64,000 nucleotides of DNA from Candidatus Woesearchaeota archaeon (GTDB lineage: Archaea; Nanobdellota; Nanobdellia; SCGC-AAA011-G17; PNOQ01): assembly GCA_964344555.1 (NCBI GenBank), contig CAYFNK010000001.1:24684-88683 (forward strand), read 5' to 3'. A program made the position numbers and the translations under genes. Shown here one piece after another: positions 42,863 through 53,642 of this stretch. Within the stretch, counting starts at the first letter, position 1, and each line of letters opens with the position of its first letter. A model generated the notes under the pieces. That model was not told where the DNA came from. It did not search any database and was given only the letters and a program-made list of their open reading frames with translations.

Positions 42863-44058
42863 TAGACCAAATATTCTTAACAATTTTTTTAGGATGCATC
42901 ATTGGAGTAATAACTGGCCTATCTCCTGGATTACATATAAATTTAGTTGGGGTTGGAATAATAAGCATATCTGCTATTTTGCTAAATTTCATTTCTCCCA
43001 TAATTCTATCAACCTTTATATTATCTATGGCAATAACTCACACTTTCTTAGATTCAATTCCTTCAATTTTTCTTGGTGCACCAGAATCAGAAACGGCATT
43101 ATCTGTTCTTCCAGGACACAAATTTCTTCTTCTAGGCAGAGGGCATGACGCAGTTATGTTTACTCTTGCAGGAAGTATTTTCTCTCTGATAGTTGCAATT
43201 ATTTTTTCTCCAATCATAATTTTATTCATAAAATATTTATATCCCTATCTAGAAAAAATTATAGTTTATGTCTTAATATTCTCTACAATCTTTTTAATAC
43301 TTAAAGAAACTAAAAATAAATTATGGGCGTTAATTATTTTTTTAATATCTGGTATTTTAGGAATTATAACTCTGGACACTCACCTTGCAAGGGAACCTCT
43401 TTTTCCATTATTTTCAGGTTTGTTTGGAATAAGCACCTTGGTAAATAGTATGGTGAACAAGAATAAGATTCCAAAACAAATAATAAAAAAAACAAAAATA
43501 AATAAACTAAAATTAAAAAAGGCAATAAAATCTTCGTTTTTTGCAGGAGGGTTGTGTTCTTTTCTGCCAGGACTAGGTCCAGCCCAAGCTGCAATACTTG
43601 GGTCTCAGATGTCAAAAAATTTAGAACAAGATGGTTTTTTAATGTTGATTGGTGGCCTAAACACAATAAATATGGTTCTTAGCATCATGGCGCTGTATGT
43701 AATAGACAAATCTAGAAATGGTGCAATGTTAGTAATATCTAAGTTGATAGAAGGATTAACTTTTGAATATCTTATCTTATTTTTTGCAACAACGATGGTA
43801 GTCGGAGGAATAGCAACTTATTTAACGATATTTTTCTCAAAATTTTTTGCAAGAAATATTTACAAAATTAAATACAACAAAGTATGCACATCAATAATAT
43901 TATTAATTTTCACCTTAGTTTTATTAATATCTGGAATTTTTGGAATTTTAATACTTGTTACTTCAACATTTGTGGGATTACTAACTATTTCCTTAGGGAT
44001 AGGGAGGAGCCATATGATGGGTTGTTTGCTCTTACCAACAATCATCTTTTTCCTTTAA
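42859..44058 (+). CDS. polytopic membrane protein, TctA/DUF112-like
   Basis: 399 aa. GAPESETALSVLPGHKFLLLGRGHDAV and PGLGPAQAAILGSQ motifs. ATGA overlap with the OB gene. Confidence 0.45.
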   Translation: MIDQIFLTIFLGCIIGVITGLSPGLHINLVGVGIISISAILLNFISPIILSTFILSMAITHTFLDSIPSIFLGAPESETALSVLPGHKFLLLGRGHDAVMFTLAGSIFSLIVAIIFSPIIILFIKYLYPYLEKIIVYVLIFSTIFLILKETKNKLWALIIFLISGILGIITLDTHLAREPLFPLFSGLFGISTLVNSMVNKNKIPKQIIKKTKINKLKLKKAIKSSFFAGGLCSFLPGLGPAQAAILGSQMSKNLEQDGFLMLIGGLNTINMVLSIMALYVIDKSRNGAMLVISKLIEGLTFEYLILFFATTMVVGGIATYLTIFFSKFFARNIYKIKYNKVCTSIILLIFTLVLLISGIFGILILVTSTFVGLLTISLGIGRSHMMGCLLLPTIIFFL

Positions 44059-47000
44059 CCGAACCATCTTCCAAGGCCCTCCTGTCTATCTGCCTCCTTA
44101 CCAAATACGCTCTCAATTCTTCTCCTCAACAAATCTAAAGATTGAAAAGTATATTTGGGAAGAGTATATCTTTCAGCAAGAGTTAAGGAAGGTGTAAGAT
44201 ACTTTGTAACGCTACCTTCAGAAATTGTAAATATTATCTTCCCTTTGCATTTCAGACATTTTCCAACTAAAGGGATTCTTCTGTATTTTTCATTACATTC
44301 AACACATCTAAATTCTTGCATACTAAATTTTCTAAGATTTCCTTTTATATCTCTAATAAAGTGCCTATCTATTACCAATCTGGCAACATCGTCTTCATCA
44401 ACTGCCCTTATCTGTTCTGCCAGGTTCATTTGACCCAACACTTTTTCTTCCATAGTTGGTATTTCTTTATACGCACTGTATCTTATTCCTTCATTAATGT
44501 TCTTAGTTTCATGAGTATACCCTATATCTAAACTATCTTTTTTTCCCAGATTGTTTCCTATTGTTTCAATTTTTATCTCCCAAGGCATTTTATAATTCTC
44601 ACAGGCCTCATAAAATTCCAAAGGGTACTCCCAAACACAATCCATATCAAAAACCATGTCATCCACTTCTGTTAAGAGGACATTTGATGTCAATACAAGT
44701 GGTGCATCTTGTGTAGCGCCCCTATGGCTGGGAAGGTATTTTCTAGAAAAGTTTAGAAGACCATCCATTAAAAGCATAATTCCACATTCATCTCCGTCGC
44801 AATCCCTTCTTTGTGCACAATGCCATACTGGACTAGCATAACATCCTTGTGTTCCAGAAAAACCAATTATCCTACCAACTACTCCCGCAGAAGTGTGGGG
44901 TGCAAGGCTGATTATTAGGTGTCCAACTAAATCTTCTTTTTTATTTAGATTATAATATGGTTTAAGGCCATATAAATGAACCAACAAATCATCTACAAAT
45001 TTGGAAACCCTATATAAAATGGCATCACTTCCTTCTTCCTGAGATTCCTTACAAGAGGGTAAAATTATATCTTGGTGTTTAAGTTGTAACACTTGACTAT
45101 TGCTTTCTAATTTCTTCCCATGGATATCAAGAACATAACCCAGGTCCTTAAGTTTTTCAAAATCTGTTCCAATTTCTTCTGGAGTAAAATGAGTTAGGGC
45201 TAGCTCAGTCATATCATATCTTATAGTACCATCTTTATTCACAGTAAGATTGTGTATTGCCCTTAAAATCCCTTTAGATAAATTTTCCAAAGATCTATCT
45301 TCATTTGACATTCCTCTAACTCCTTTAACTAATTCTGGAGAATTTTTTAATCCTAGTCTATCCATAGCTTTCAAGTAATATTCACTTATGTTAATATCTT
45401 TCCAAAGAAAAGATTGGTTATTTTCATGAGAAAGGCACTTCTCAGATTTCAAAACATTTTTACATTGCCTACAATAGTATCTATTTGTCGTTTCAAAATT
45501 ACAAACTTCACATGAGGGATATATTGTTTCTAAATCACATTTTTCACAATATTTCAAAGGAAATTCGGCCTTAATTTTCCCTTTGCTTAATGCGGCTTGA
45601 AAACACCTAAGTCTTCCTCCTTCTTCTCCAACTGGAAAAAGCGCATGAGGACTTCCTTTCAGTTTTCTTATTTTTGCCTTTTCGGGCCTTCCCATTCTTG
45701 CACCAATAAATATTCCAGATTTATCCCTTATTCTCACATCAGAAAATTTATTTACTATTTCTAATACTGGCTTAGAAGGATCTACCTCTTTTACCAATAA
45801 TTTAAGATCTACATTTTTTTCATAAATTCCAAGACTAATCAAAAAAGAGATCGCCCATTCTTTTTCTATTACAATATGTTCTTTAGAAACTACTCTGTGA
45901 GGGACCCCTAGTTTTTCAAGAACTCTTTTTGGTATCACTGTTTCTTCAACTAGGGTCTGATCAAGAGGTAAAATAATCTTTGAGTTTTCTTTTTGTATTG
46001 TTGATTTCACAAGCCAACCAATCAATACAAGAAATTCTTTAATTGAAATATCTTTCCAATGATAGGTATACCTTGGATGAAAAGGAACGTCAAGCTTTTT
46101 AGAAAGAGTGTAAGAATCCTCTACACTCAATGAATTTTTTATGGGGTCCATAAACAGTTCTTTTAATATAGAAAGGTTTATTCCTGTTTGTTTTTCTATT
46201 TCTTCTGGCAGTTTCTGCTTGGATTTGATTTCTTTTAACCACCACTCCTCACAATATCCTGGGGGAACAAGAGAGTGTGCCCTATTCAAAAAATCACCAT
46301 AAGGGATTAAAATATCTCCCAAAAATATAATTTCTTGTATTCTGTTTTTGACTTCTTTATAATTTGTTTCATCTAATCTGACAACGTCTCCGTTTTCTAA
46401 TTTTACGATCGGTCCTTCAAGAGAGTCACAAGAACTAAGAGCAGTTCCTTTTCCAGGTCTTTCCATTTTAAGTTGTGTACCTATTGCAATATATTTATTC
46501 AAAACCTCCATTGTCATAGGATGTATTGCGGTAGAACTCAGTCCGGTATTTCTACACCTACCATATCTTAATCTAAATCCTCCTTTTCTCAAAGGATAGG
46601 TCAAAACTGGCCTACCTGCAACGATATCTTTTATAAAATTATAATCTGGAGAAATTTTTTCATTTGATTCATTAGTATCTTTTTTCTTAGAATTTATCTT
46701 AGTTTGTAATTTACAAAATTTTTCCATAAACTTCCACTCAGTCATTCCCATTTCATCTCCCCAGTCTTTTAATTGTTTATTCACTTTTTTGGCTTTTTGA
46801 CATAAACATTCTCCAACAACAAGGCAAAAACCACCCCTTATTCGATTAGTATCTATCCTTTCCAAATCTTTATGATTCGACACTTCCATTTTTTCAGTAG
46901 GGTCGCCATCTATCTGAAGGGGAAGATTTGAAACCATTTCAGTTATTTCTTCAGAAGTTGGAAAGTATTGTAAATTAGTTATTCTTTCATGATAATCTGT

Positions 47001-47579
47001 AAGTTCGGTTATTGATCTTTTAATTTCTTTTTCAGTAGGATCATATTTAGCATAACCAAATTTAATTCTCAAATAATCTGCAATTAAAACTGAAATTGAT
47101 GCTGCTGTACCGCCTGCACTCCTAACAGGACCAGAATAACAAAGAGCGAGATATTCTTTATTGTCTTTTCTTTTCCTAATCTTTACCCCTGTAAATCCTT
47201 CCAGAGGGCTAGCAACAACACCTACAGTGACATAAGCAAAACCAACTCTTATTCCTATCTCTATTGCTTCTCTTATGTCTTTAAATTTACAAAATTTTTC
47301 TTTAGAAACCTCATAGGCAATTTCTAATCCGACTCTCCAGTCTAACTTGCCAAACTTTTTTTCAAGTTCTTCTATTCTTTGAGGAAGACCTTTACCTATT
47401 ATTTGAGGAGAAGCAACACCAATCAATCCTTCTACCCTCTCTGCCATGTTTTTGGCAAGAGGTATTTCTACATGCTCAGAAGGGTCAATTTTTTTACTTT
47501 TTGCTAGTTTTGCTAATTCATACGCCTTTCCAACAGAACTATCAAGTTCTTCAAAATAGTTTTCTAAATCAGTTTTCAT
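44055..47579 (-). CDS. dp2: DNA polymerase II (PolD) large subunit DP2
   Basis: 1174 aa. C-terminal zinc modules CVECNEKYRRIPLVGKCLKCKGK. No intein-sized insertion evident. Confidence 0.92.
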   Translation of the reverse strand: MKTDLENYFEELDSSVGKAYELAKLAKSKKIDPSEHVEIPLAKNMAERVEGLIGVASPQIIGKGLPQRIEELEKKFGKLDWRVGLEIAYEVSKEKFCKFKDIREAIEIGIRVGFAYVTVGVVASPLEGFTGVKIRKRKDNKEYLALCYSGPVRSAGGTAASISVLIADYLRIKFGYAKYDPTEKEIKRSITELTDYHERITNLQYFPTSEEITEMVSNLPLQIDGDPTEKMEVSNHKDLERIDTNRIRGGFCLVVGECLCQKAKKVNKQLKDWGDEMGMTEWKFMEKFCKLQTKINSKKKDTNESNEKISPDYNFIKDIVAGRPVLTYPLRKGGFRLRYGRCRNTGLSSTAIHPMTMEVLNKYIAIGTQLKMERPGKGTALSSCDSLEGPIVKLENGDVVRLDETNYKEVKNRIQEIIFLGDILIPYGDFLNRAHSLVPPGYCEEWWLKEIKSKQKLPEEIEKQTGINLSILKELFMDPIKNSLSVEDSYTLSKKLDVPFHPRYTYHWKDISIKEFLVLIGWLVKSTIQKENSKIILPLDQTLVEETVIPKRVLEKLGVPHRVVSKEHIVIEKEWAISFLISLGIYEKNVDLKLLVKEVDPSKPVLEIVNKFSDVRIRDKSGIFIGARMGRPEKAKIRKLKGSPHALFPVGEEGGRLRCFQAALSKGKIKAEFPLKYCEKCDLETIYPSCEVCNFETTNRYYCRQCKNVLKSEKCLSHENNQSFLWKDINISEYYLKAMDRLGLKNSPELVKGVRGMSNEDRSLENLSKGILRAIHNLTVNKDGTIRYDMTELALTHFTPEEIGTDFEKLKDLGYVLDIHGKKLESNSQVLQLKHQDIILPSCKESQEEGSDAILYRVSKFVDDLLVHLYGLKPYYNLNKKEDLVGHLIISLAPHTSAGVVGRIIGFSGTQGCYASPVWHCAQRRDCDGDECGIMLLMDGLLNFSRKYLPSHRGATQDAPLVLTSNVLLTEVDDMVFDMDCVWEYPLEFYEACENYKMPWEIKIETIGNNLGKKDSLDIGYTHETKNINEGIRYSAYKEIPTMEEKVLGQMNLAEQIRAVDEDDVARLVIDRHFIRDIKGNLRKFSMQEFRCVECNEKYRRIPLVGKCLKCKGKIIFTISEGSVTKYLTPSLTLAERYTLPKYTFQSLDLLRRRIESVFGKEADRQEGLGRWFG

Positions 47580-49212
47580 CTTTTACTAAAAATTTCATAA
47601 ATTTTGCTTCTCTATTTTTTAGGTTTACAATGGCCACCCTGCCTGGCTCAGGGGTGTGCCCTAGTTTTTCTTCATATTCTGTTTTTGATTGCCAACAGCT
47701 ACTAGAAATAAGTGTAGTCTTACCATATTGATCTATTTTAGCTTTATGAACATGGCCTGTTACAAATATATCTGGAACCTTATCTATAATCATATGGTCT
47801 TCCTCTGGATCAATTACAGATAGATTACAATTATGTGTAGGAGAAATATGTCTTTTCTGTAATAATTTTTTCATTAACTCACAAATAATATCATATCCTC
47901 CATTATTCCTTATGTTATCTAAATAATCTACATAAAAATCAAAACTGAAACCATGGTACATCAGGACTTCAAAACCTTCAAAACCGATAGTAGCACCAAC
48001 ATTAACAATTGCAGGATTTGTTACTAACGTAACATTTTTCATATTCCAAAGATCCTCGCAAAGAACCTTTTCAAAAATTGGTTGTGGTTCTGCTAATCTA
48101 ACTGCATCATGATTCCCTGGAGAAAATATAATCTGGATATCTTCCCTTATTTTAGAGAATAACCTTGCGCATTCCTCATATTGCTTATATATATCTTTAA
48201 TCTCCAAATCTTCTTCTTGCCCCGGATATATACCCACTCCATCTACAACGTCCCCTACAACAAAAAGATATTTAATTTGGAGTGCAAGTTCTCTCTGTTC
48301 TTTAGTTCCTTGGTTGCCATTAATCCACCCTATAAATTTCATAAAACTTTTTCTCAAAAATTTTTTTGAACCTATTTGAACATCAGAAATAAATGCAGCA
48401 TATTCTTCTTCGGGCCCTTTCTTTATATTTTCTTCAGAAGGAATTTCTGGAAAATAAACTTCATCAATAAATATTAAACCGTCTCCCAGGCTACCTTTTA
48501 TACCAATTACTTCATCACAAACGATATCTTTAGAAACATCAAAAAGTTCTTCTTTATTCTTCATGATTATTCCTTTCATTTTTCCAGTTATATCTTCAAT
48601 TTCTAAAACCACATGTTTATTCTTAGTATAACTTTTAGAATAAACCAACCCGATAGTAGAAACCTTATCTCCTCTTCTTCGATTTCTTAATCCATTAATC
48701 GAAACTGCGTCACTTAGGCCCTGCCTTGTTCTCAATATTTTTCTCAAAAAATTATATCTTATTTTGTAGTGATCTACAAAAGATTGGACAGTTATTTTAC
48801 CACCTTTATCATCATAATTTTTTAGAACAATAGGTAAGGAAGATTGATTTTTTTCTATAGAAACTACGGGGGGGACTGGCTGTTTAATATCTTTTAATAT
48901 CTCATTGAGCTCACTTTTATTTTCATCATACTCTGTCAGGGCTAGAAGGGAATTATAAACTTGCTTGTTTTTTCCCTTTTCTAAATTCACTCTTGCCTTT
49001 TCAAAATCCTTCCAATTAATATTAAAATCTGGATTTTTTTTAGAAAATATTTTTTGTAAATCTTTTGTTATTACTGCAGGTTTATTTTCATTATCAAATT
49101 TTTTATCCAGTTCTTCTAAAAAGGACTCATCAACTTCTTTCAATAAATCTGGACTTAATAAAAATCCTTTCTTCAAAAGAGAATTTATTTTTTCATTTAC
49201 AGACCCAGCCAT
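47569..49212 (-). CDS. dp1: DNA polymerase II (PolD) small subunit DP1
   Basis: 547 aa. Calcineurin-like PDE motifs VVGDVVDGVG, SPGNHDAVR and VTGHVH. Overlaps DP2 by 11 nt. Confidence 0.9.
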   Translation of the reverse strand: MAGSVNEKINSLLKKGFLLSPDLLKEVDESFLEELDKKFDNENKPAVITKDLQKIFSKKNPDFNINWKDFEKARVNLEKGKNKQVYNSLLALTEYDENKSELNEILKDIKQPVPPVVSIEKNQSSLPIVLKNYDDKGGKITVQSFVDHYKIRYNFLRKILRTRQGLSDAVSINGLRNRRRGDKVSTIGLVYSKSYTKNKHVVLEIEDITGKMKGIIMKNKEELFDVSKDIVCDEVIGIKGSLGDGLIFIDEVYFPEIPSEENIKKGPEEEYAAFISDVQIGSKKFLRKSFMKFIGWINGNQGTKEQRELALQIKYLFVVGDVVDGVGIYPGQEEDLEIKDIYKQYEECARLFSKIREDIQIIFSPGNHDAVRLAEPQPIFEKVLCEDLWNMKNVTLVTNPAIVNVGATIGFEGFEVLMYHGFSFDFYVDYLDNIRNNGGYDIICELMKKLLQKRHISPTHNCNLSVIDPEEDHMIIDKVPDIFVTGHVHKAKIDQYGKTTLISSSCWQSKTEYEEKLGHTPEPGRVAIVNLKNREAKFMKFLVKDEN

Positions 49213-50405
49213 CCTCTCAACTCCTTATCAAGAGAAGGAATGTTTGCCTGTGGGACTGCAAGTTTTATTTCCCTTGTTCTCCCATATCTTCCTTTGCTGA
49301 CTACTTTAGCATTAATTATCCCCAACAAATCCAATTCTGCAATTAAATCTGAAAGTCTTCTCTGTGTTAGATTTTTGAGTCCGCAAGAATTGCAAAAGTA
49401 CCTATAGGTCTCATATACTTCTCCAGTCAATATTTTTTCAATAGATTTTTGATGTAGATGGAAAACAGATAATAAAGCTATTTGGGATTGTTTGGGCAGG
49501 GTTTTTATTACGTCATAAATTAAATCTCTTTCTATTTTCTCTTCTGCACTATCTATATAACTTATTGTTAATTTATTTTTATTATTTCTCTCAGTTAATT
49601 CTCCTGCAACTCTTAACAAATCTAATGCCCTTCTTGCATCTCCGTGTTCCCTTGCAGCATATGCTGCACATTTACTAATGACTCCTTCATTTACTACTCC
49701 TTTTTTGAATGCCTTTTTTGCTCTTTCAGAAAGAATATCTTGTAGTTGTAATGCATTATACGAAGGAAAATTTATATCTTCCTCAGTTAAGGAAGATTTT
49801 ACTCTTGGATCAAGGTAATTAGCAAATTGCAAATCATTAGATATCCCGACTATCGCTATTTGAGTCTTCTTTAGTTCAAAATTTAATCTAGTCAAATTAT
49901 ATAATATCTCATCCCCTGCTTTTTTAACCAACTGATCTATTTCATCTAAAACCAAAACGATATTCTTCTCTTCACTGTCTATTTTTTTAACAAACAATCT
50001 ATATATCTCATCAGTTGGTAATCCTGTAATTGGCACTTCTTCTCCAAAATCTCTAGCCAATGCGGCAATTAATCTATATTCTGTGTCTGCCACTCTTTTC
50101 AATTTACAATTAAGGTAAAAAATTTTCAAATTTATATTTTTAGACTCTGCAATTTTTTCTAAGCTTTCAACAACATGTAACATAGACAATGTTTTACCAG
50201 TTCCAGTTTTACCATAAAGAAATAAATTTGAGGGCTTTTCATTTCTTAAGACAGGTGCAAGAATTGAAGCTATTTCTTTTATTTGTGATTCCCTATGGGG
50301 TATATTGTCTGGAGTATAGCTAACTTGTAGGACTTTTTTGTCTTTAAATATAGACTCTTTAGAAATAAATTCTTCAAAAAAACCACCTATGTCTTCTTTT
50401 ACCAT
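49197..50405 (-). CDS. cdc6: Orc1/Cdc6 replication initiator
   Basis: Walker A LYGKTGTGKT, Walker B LVLDEID and a C-terminal winged helix. Confidence 0.92.
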   Translation of the reverse strand: MVKEDIGGFFEEFISKESIFKDKKVLQVSYTPDNIPHRESQIKEIASILAPVLRNEKPSNLFLYGKTGTGKTLSMLHVVESLEKIAESKNINLKIFYLNCKLKRVADTEYRLIAALARDFGEEVPITGLPTDEIYRLFVKKIDSEEKNIVLVLDEIDQLVKKAGDEILYNLTRLNFELKKTQIAIVGISNDLQFANYLDPRVKSSLTEEDINFPSYNALQLQDILSERAKKAFKKGVVNEGVISKCAAYAAREHGDARRALDLLRVAGELTERNNKNKLTISYIDSAEEKIERDLIYDVIKTLPKQSQIALLSVFHLHQKSIEKILTGEVYETYRYFCNSCGLKNLTQRRLSDLIAELDLLGIINAKVVSKGRYGRTREIKLAVPQANIPSLDKELRGWLGL

Positions 50406-50460
50406 GTCATAGAACTATTCAAATCCCTTTTTTAAAAATTTTTATAGTTCGATATACACT

Positions 50461-50825
50461 CTGAGACCTATATTTCCTTTGGAAATATTTTTTTCAAAAA
50501 AATTAGCTAAACACCTAGTTTTCTCATGGAAACTTTTTAGTAGTAACAACCTACAAAATGCAAGATATAACATAATATATAATATAACAATAAAACATTT
50601 AAACTAAATTTTAATAATAATTTTTAAAAGTGTCAAAAAACTAAACAAAACTAGTCTAATTCTTTAAAATTCAAAAATCAAAAAAATGATTAGAAAGATA
50701 TAAAATAAAACTAAAAAAGGTAAAAAAAGTTAAAAACAAATATTAACAATTTCAAACCTCCATCGGAAAAAATTAAAAAAACTCAAAAATTAATTTTTCC
50801 ATTTGAAAATAAGGTGGGAGGGGTC
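50461..50825. other. predicted chromosomal replication origin (ORB-like boxes flanking an AT-only unwinding element)
   Basis: Right box 50796-50825: TTTCCATTTGAAAATAAGGTGGGAGGGGTC. Inverted boxes at 50506-50533 (rc GTTTCCATGAGAAAACTAGGTG) and 50461-50486 (rc ATTTCCAAAGGAAATATAGGTCTC). Weaker box at 50758-50770. Nearly pure A/T from about 50560 to 50750. Adjacent to cdc6. Confidence 0.65.
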
Positions 50826-50871
50826 TATCTTAAAGAATATATTTAAATACCTATTAATCATATAACTAAAG

Positions 50872-51156
50872 ATGGAACTCATTACACTATTTGTAATTTT
50901 AATTGTAGTTGTTTTAATTTTAGAATTATCTAAACATGTAATGATAAAAACTTTTGCAAAATCAATAATTGCAATTGTAATAATCACTATTGCATTTTTA
51001 TTCATAATTGGTGCAATAAGCTCTGAAAATAAAATAAGAACAGAAAACCAAATGATTCAAACAGGAGCAGCAATTGCTGATGAAATAAAAGAAGCACCAC
51101 TTATAGAAAATACAATAGACAAAATTAAAGAATTTATTGAAGATTTTGGAAAATAA
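50872..51156 (+). CDS. small membrane protein (94 aa)
   Basis: Two hydrophobic helices and an acidic C-terminus. Confidence 0.4.
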   Translation: MELITLFVILIVVVLILELSKHVMIKTFAKSIIAIVIITIAFLFIIGAISSENKIRTENQMIQTGAAIADEIKEAPLIENTIDKIKEFIEDFGK

Positions 51157-51209
51157 CAATTAACCTAAGAAAAATTTTATAAAGAAACAGTACTTACCAA
51201 ATCCATAAA

Positions 51210-51473
51210 ATGGCAAGCGAAGAAAGAAAATATTCTAGGCAAATTCTAGGAAAAACAGTAGTGAGTAAAGCAGGTAAGAAGTTTGGAGAAGTAGGAAATT
51301 TGATTTTTGAATCTAGAACTGGAGAAATTCTACATTTGGAACTTAAAAACCCCACTCATTTGGCAGATAATTTAGATTTAGAAAGAGACGATCAAGGAAA
51401 ATTACTTGTACCTCATAGTTCAGTTATAGCTATAGGTGATTTTGTAGTAGTTTCTGAAGAAGACATAATATAG
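51210..51473 (+). CDS. PRC-barrel domain protein
   Basis: ILGKTVVSKAGKKFGEVGNLIFESRTGEILHLEL...LLVPHSSVIAIGDFVVV. Confidence 0.6.
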   Translation: MASEERKYSRQILGKTVVSKAGKKFGEVGNLIFESRTGEILHLELKNPTHLADNLDLERDDQGKLLVPHSSVIAIGDFVVVSEEDII

Positions 51474-51516
51474 ATTTTAGTAAGATTTAAAAGAAACTTT
51501 CTTCTTATTTCTTATT

Positions 51517-53187
51517 ATGGCATTTAAGGAAGAGATAATCAAGATTTTAAGAAAAGAAACAAATTCTAAACAGATCTCTCTTGAAATACCCCCCAATCCA
51601 AAAATGGGAGATTATTCATTTCCATGTTTCAAACTAGGTAAAAATCCAAAAGAAGAAGCAAACAAACTAAAAAACAAAATCAAAAAACCAAAGTTCATAT
51701 CAGAAATTAAAACAGCAGGCCCATATCTTAATTTCTTTATAGATAACTCCAAACTTACTGAGAAAGTTCTTTTAGAAATTCATAAAAAAGGCAAGAAATA
51801 TGGACAGAAACCAAAGAATAAAAAAATAGTAGTTATTGAATCGCCAGGACCAAATACAAACAAGCCCCTCCATCTGGGACATATAAGAAATATGCTTCTT
51901 GGAAATACCCTAACAAACCTGAATAAAATATGTGGAAACAAAACAATAAGAGTAGACATAGTTAATGATAGGGGAATACATATCTGTAAATCTATGTTGG
52001 CTTATAAAAAATTTGGTAAGAATAAAAAACCAAACAAAAAATCGGACCATTTTGTTGGAGATTTCTATGTTATATATGACAAAAAATCAAAAAAAGATAA
52101 ATCTCTTGAGAAAGAACTAACCAATTTGCTTTTAAAATGGGAGAAAAAAGATAAACAAACTATGGAGTTATGGAGACTTCTAAATAAATGGGCAATAAAA
52201 GGAATAAAAGAAACATACAAAAGATTTGGTACAAATGTGGATAAATATTATTTTGAAAGCAAACACTACAACAAGGGAAAAAAAATAGTTTTAGATGGAT
52301 TGAAAAAAAATATATTTCAAAAAGACGAAAAGGGAAACATTATAGCAGATTTAAATAACAAAAACTTAGGAAACAAAGTAGTCCTTAGAAAGGACGGCAC
52401 ATCCATATACATAACTCAAGATATTGCTTTGGCAGATTTAAGATATAAGGACTACAAAATGGATGAAATGATATATGTTGTAGCTAATGAACAAGAACAT
52501 CATTTCAAAACCTTATTTGAAATACTAAAAAGACTAAACTTCAAATTTACAAAAAATCTTTATCACTTATCTTATGGTTATATTAGTTTACCAGAAGGAA
52601 AAATGAAATCTAGGGAAGGCAGAGTGATAGACGCAGACCACATATCAGATGAAATGAAAAGGTTGGCAGAAAAAGAAATCAAAAAAAGAAACAAAAAAAT
52701 TACAAAAAAGCAAATAGAAAAGATTTCCGAACAAATTGGAACCAGTGCAATAAAATTTTTCATGTTAAAATATGATCCAACAAAGGATTTTATATACAAT
52801 CCAAGGGAATCAATAAAATTTGAAGGAGAAACTGGACCCTATTTACAATACACGGGAGTAAGAATAAATTCAATCTTAAAAAAATCAAAACCAACAAAAG
52901 CAAATCTTTCACTATTAAAAGACCCCTCCGAAATAAGTTTAACTAAACAATTATCTCTTTACCCAGAAATAATTGAAAAAAGCACAAAAGAATACAAACC
53001 CTCCGTCTTGTGTAATTTTTTAGTTGAATTGTGTAAAAATTTCAACTCATTCTATCAAAAATGTAAAGTCATAGAAAAAGAAGATAAAGAAGTATCTAAA
53101 TCAAGAATTATGCTCACATACTGTACTGGAAAGGTATTGGAAAACGGATTGGAAATTTTAGGCATAGAAATTCCTTCTAAAATGTAG
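51517..53187 (+). CDS. argS: arginyl-tRNA synthetase
   Basis: 556 aa. HIGH-type PLHLGHIRN and MKSREG. C-terminal DALR-like anticodon-binding domain. Confidence 0.9.
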   Translation: MAFKEEIIKILRKETNSKQISLEIPPNPKMGDYSFPCFKLGKNPKEEANKLKNKIKKPKFISEIKTAGPYLNFFIDNSKLTEKVLLEIHKKGKKYGQKPKNKKIVVIESPGPNTNKPLHLGHIRNMLLGNTLTNLNKICGNKTIRVDIVNDRGIHICKSMLAYKKFGKNKKPNKKSDHFVGDFYVIYDKKSKKDKSLEKELTNLLLKWEKKDKQTMELWRLLNKWAIKGIKETYKRFGTNVDKYYFESKHYNKGKKIVLDGLKKNIFQKDEKGNIIADLNNKNLGNKVVLRKDGTSIYITQDIALADLRYKDYKMDEMIYVVANEQEHHFKTLFEILKRLNFKFTKNLYHLSYGYISLPEGKMKSREGRVIDADHISDEMKRLAEKEIKKRNKKITKKQIEKISEQIGTSAIKFFMLKYDPTKDFIYNPRESIKFEGETGPYLQYTGVRINSILKKSKPTKANLSLLKDPSEISLTKQLSLYPEIIEKSTKEYKPSVLCNFLVELCKNFNSFYQKCKVIEKEDKEVSKSRIMLTYCTGKVLENGLEILGIEIPSKM

Positions 53188-53231
53188 AAACTTTTATAAA
53201 TATCTTGAAAAGACCATGACAAGGTGAGATT

Positions 53232-53642
53232 ATGCCAGTAATAGGATTTAATATAGACAAAATAGATGCAGAAAAAATAAGTAAAATTTCTGGGAAGGTA
53301 GAAATTAAGAATAATCTTGGAATAACAGGGGTTGAACAAGAGAAGTTGGCACTAGGTAAGTCTGAAGAAGTCTTAAAGTTTAATTTTGAATATTTAATTA
53401 CTTATGAGCCAAAAGTAGGCAAATTGGAAATGAAGGGAAGCGTGTTATACATGGAAGATCCTAAAAAAATAAAGGAATTACTATCTTCGTGGGAAAAAGA
53501 TAAAAAAATACCAAACAACGTAATGCCAGCGATATTTAATACAATTCTCGCAAAATGTAATGTTAAGGCATTAAATTTATCTCAAGAAATAAATTTACCA
53601 CCCCATATAAGATTACCAATTGTAAAACCAAGCAAGAAATAA
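53232..53642 (+). CDS. hypothetical protein (136 aa)
   Basis: GGTGA SD 5 nt upstream. No motif recognised. Confidence 0.45.
   Translation: MPVIGFNIDKIDAEKISKISGKVEIKNNLGITGVEQEKLALGKSEEVLKFNFEYLITYEPKVGKLEMKGSVLYMEDPKKIKELLSSWEKDKKIPNNVMPAIFNTILAKCNVKALNLSQEINLPPHIRLPIVKPSKK

Noticed and set aside
53214-53226. 13-mer CCATGACAAGGTG shared with 21855-21867
   Set aside because: Not treated as a mobile or repeat element. At 53214 only one half-site is present, and GGTGA there is explained as the SD of 53232..53642. It is kept only as a side note to the palindrome finding.
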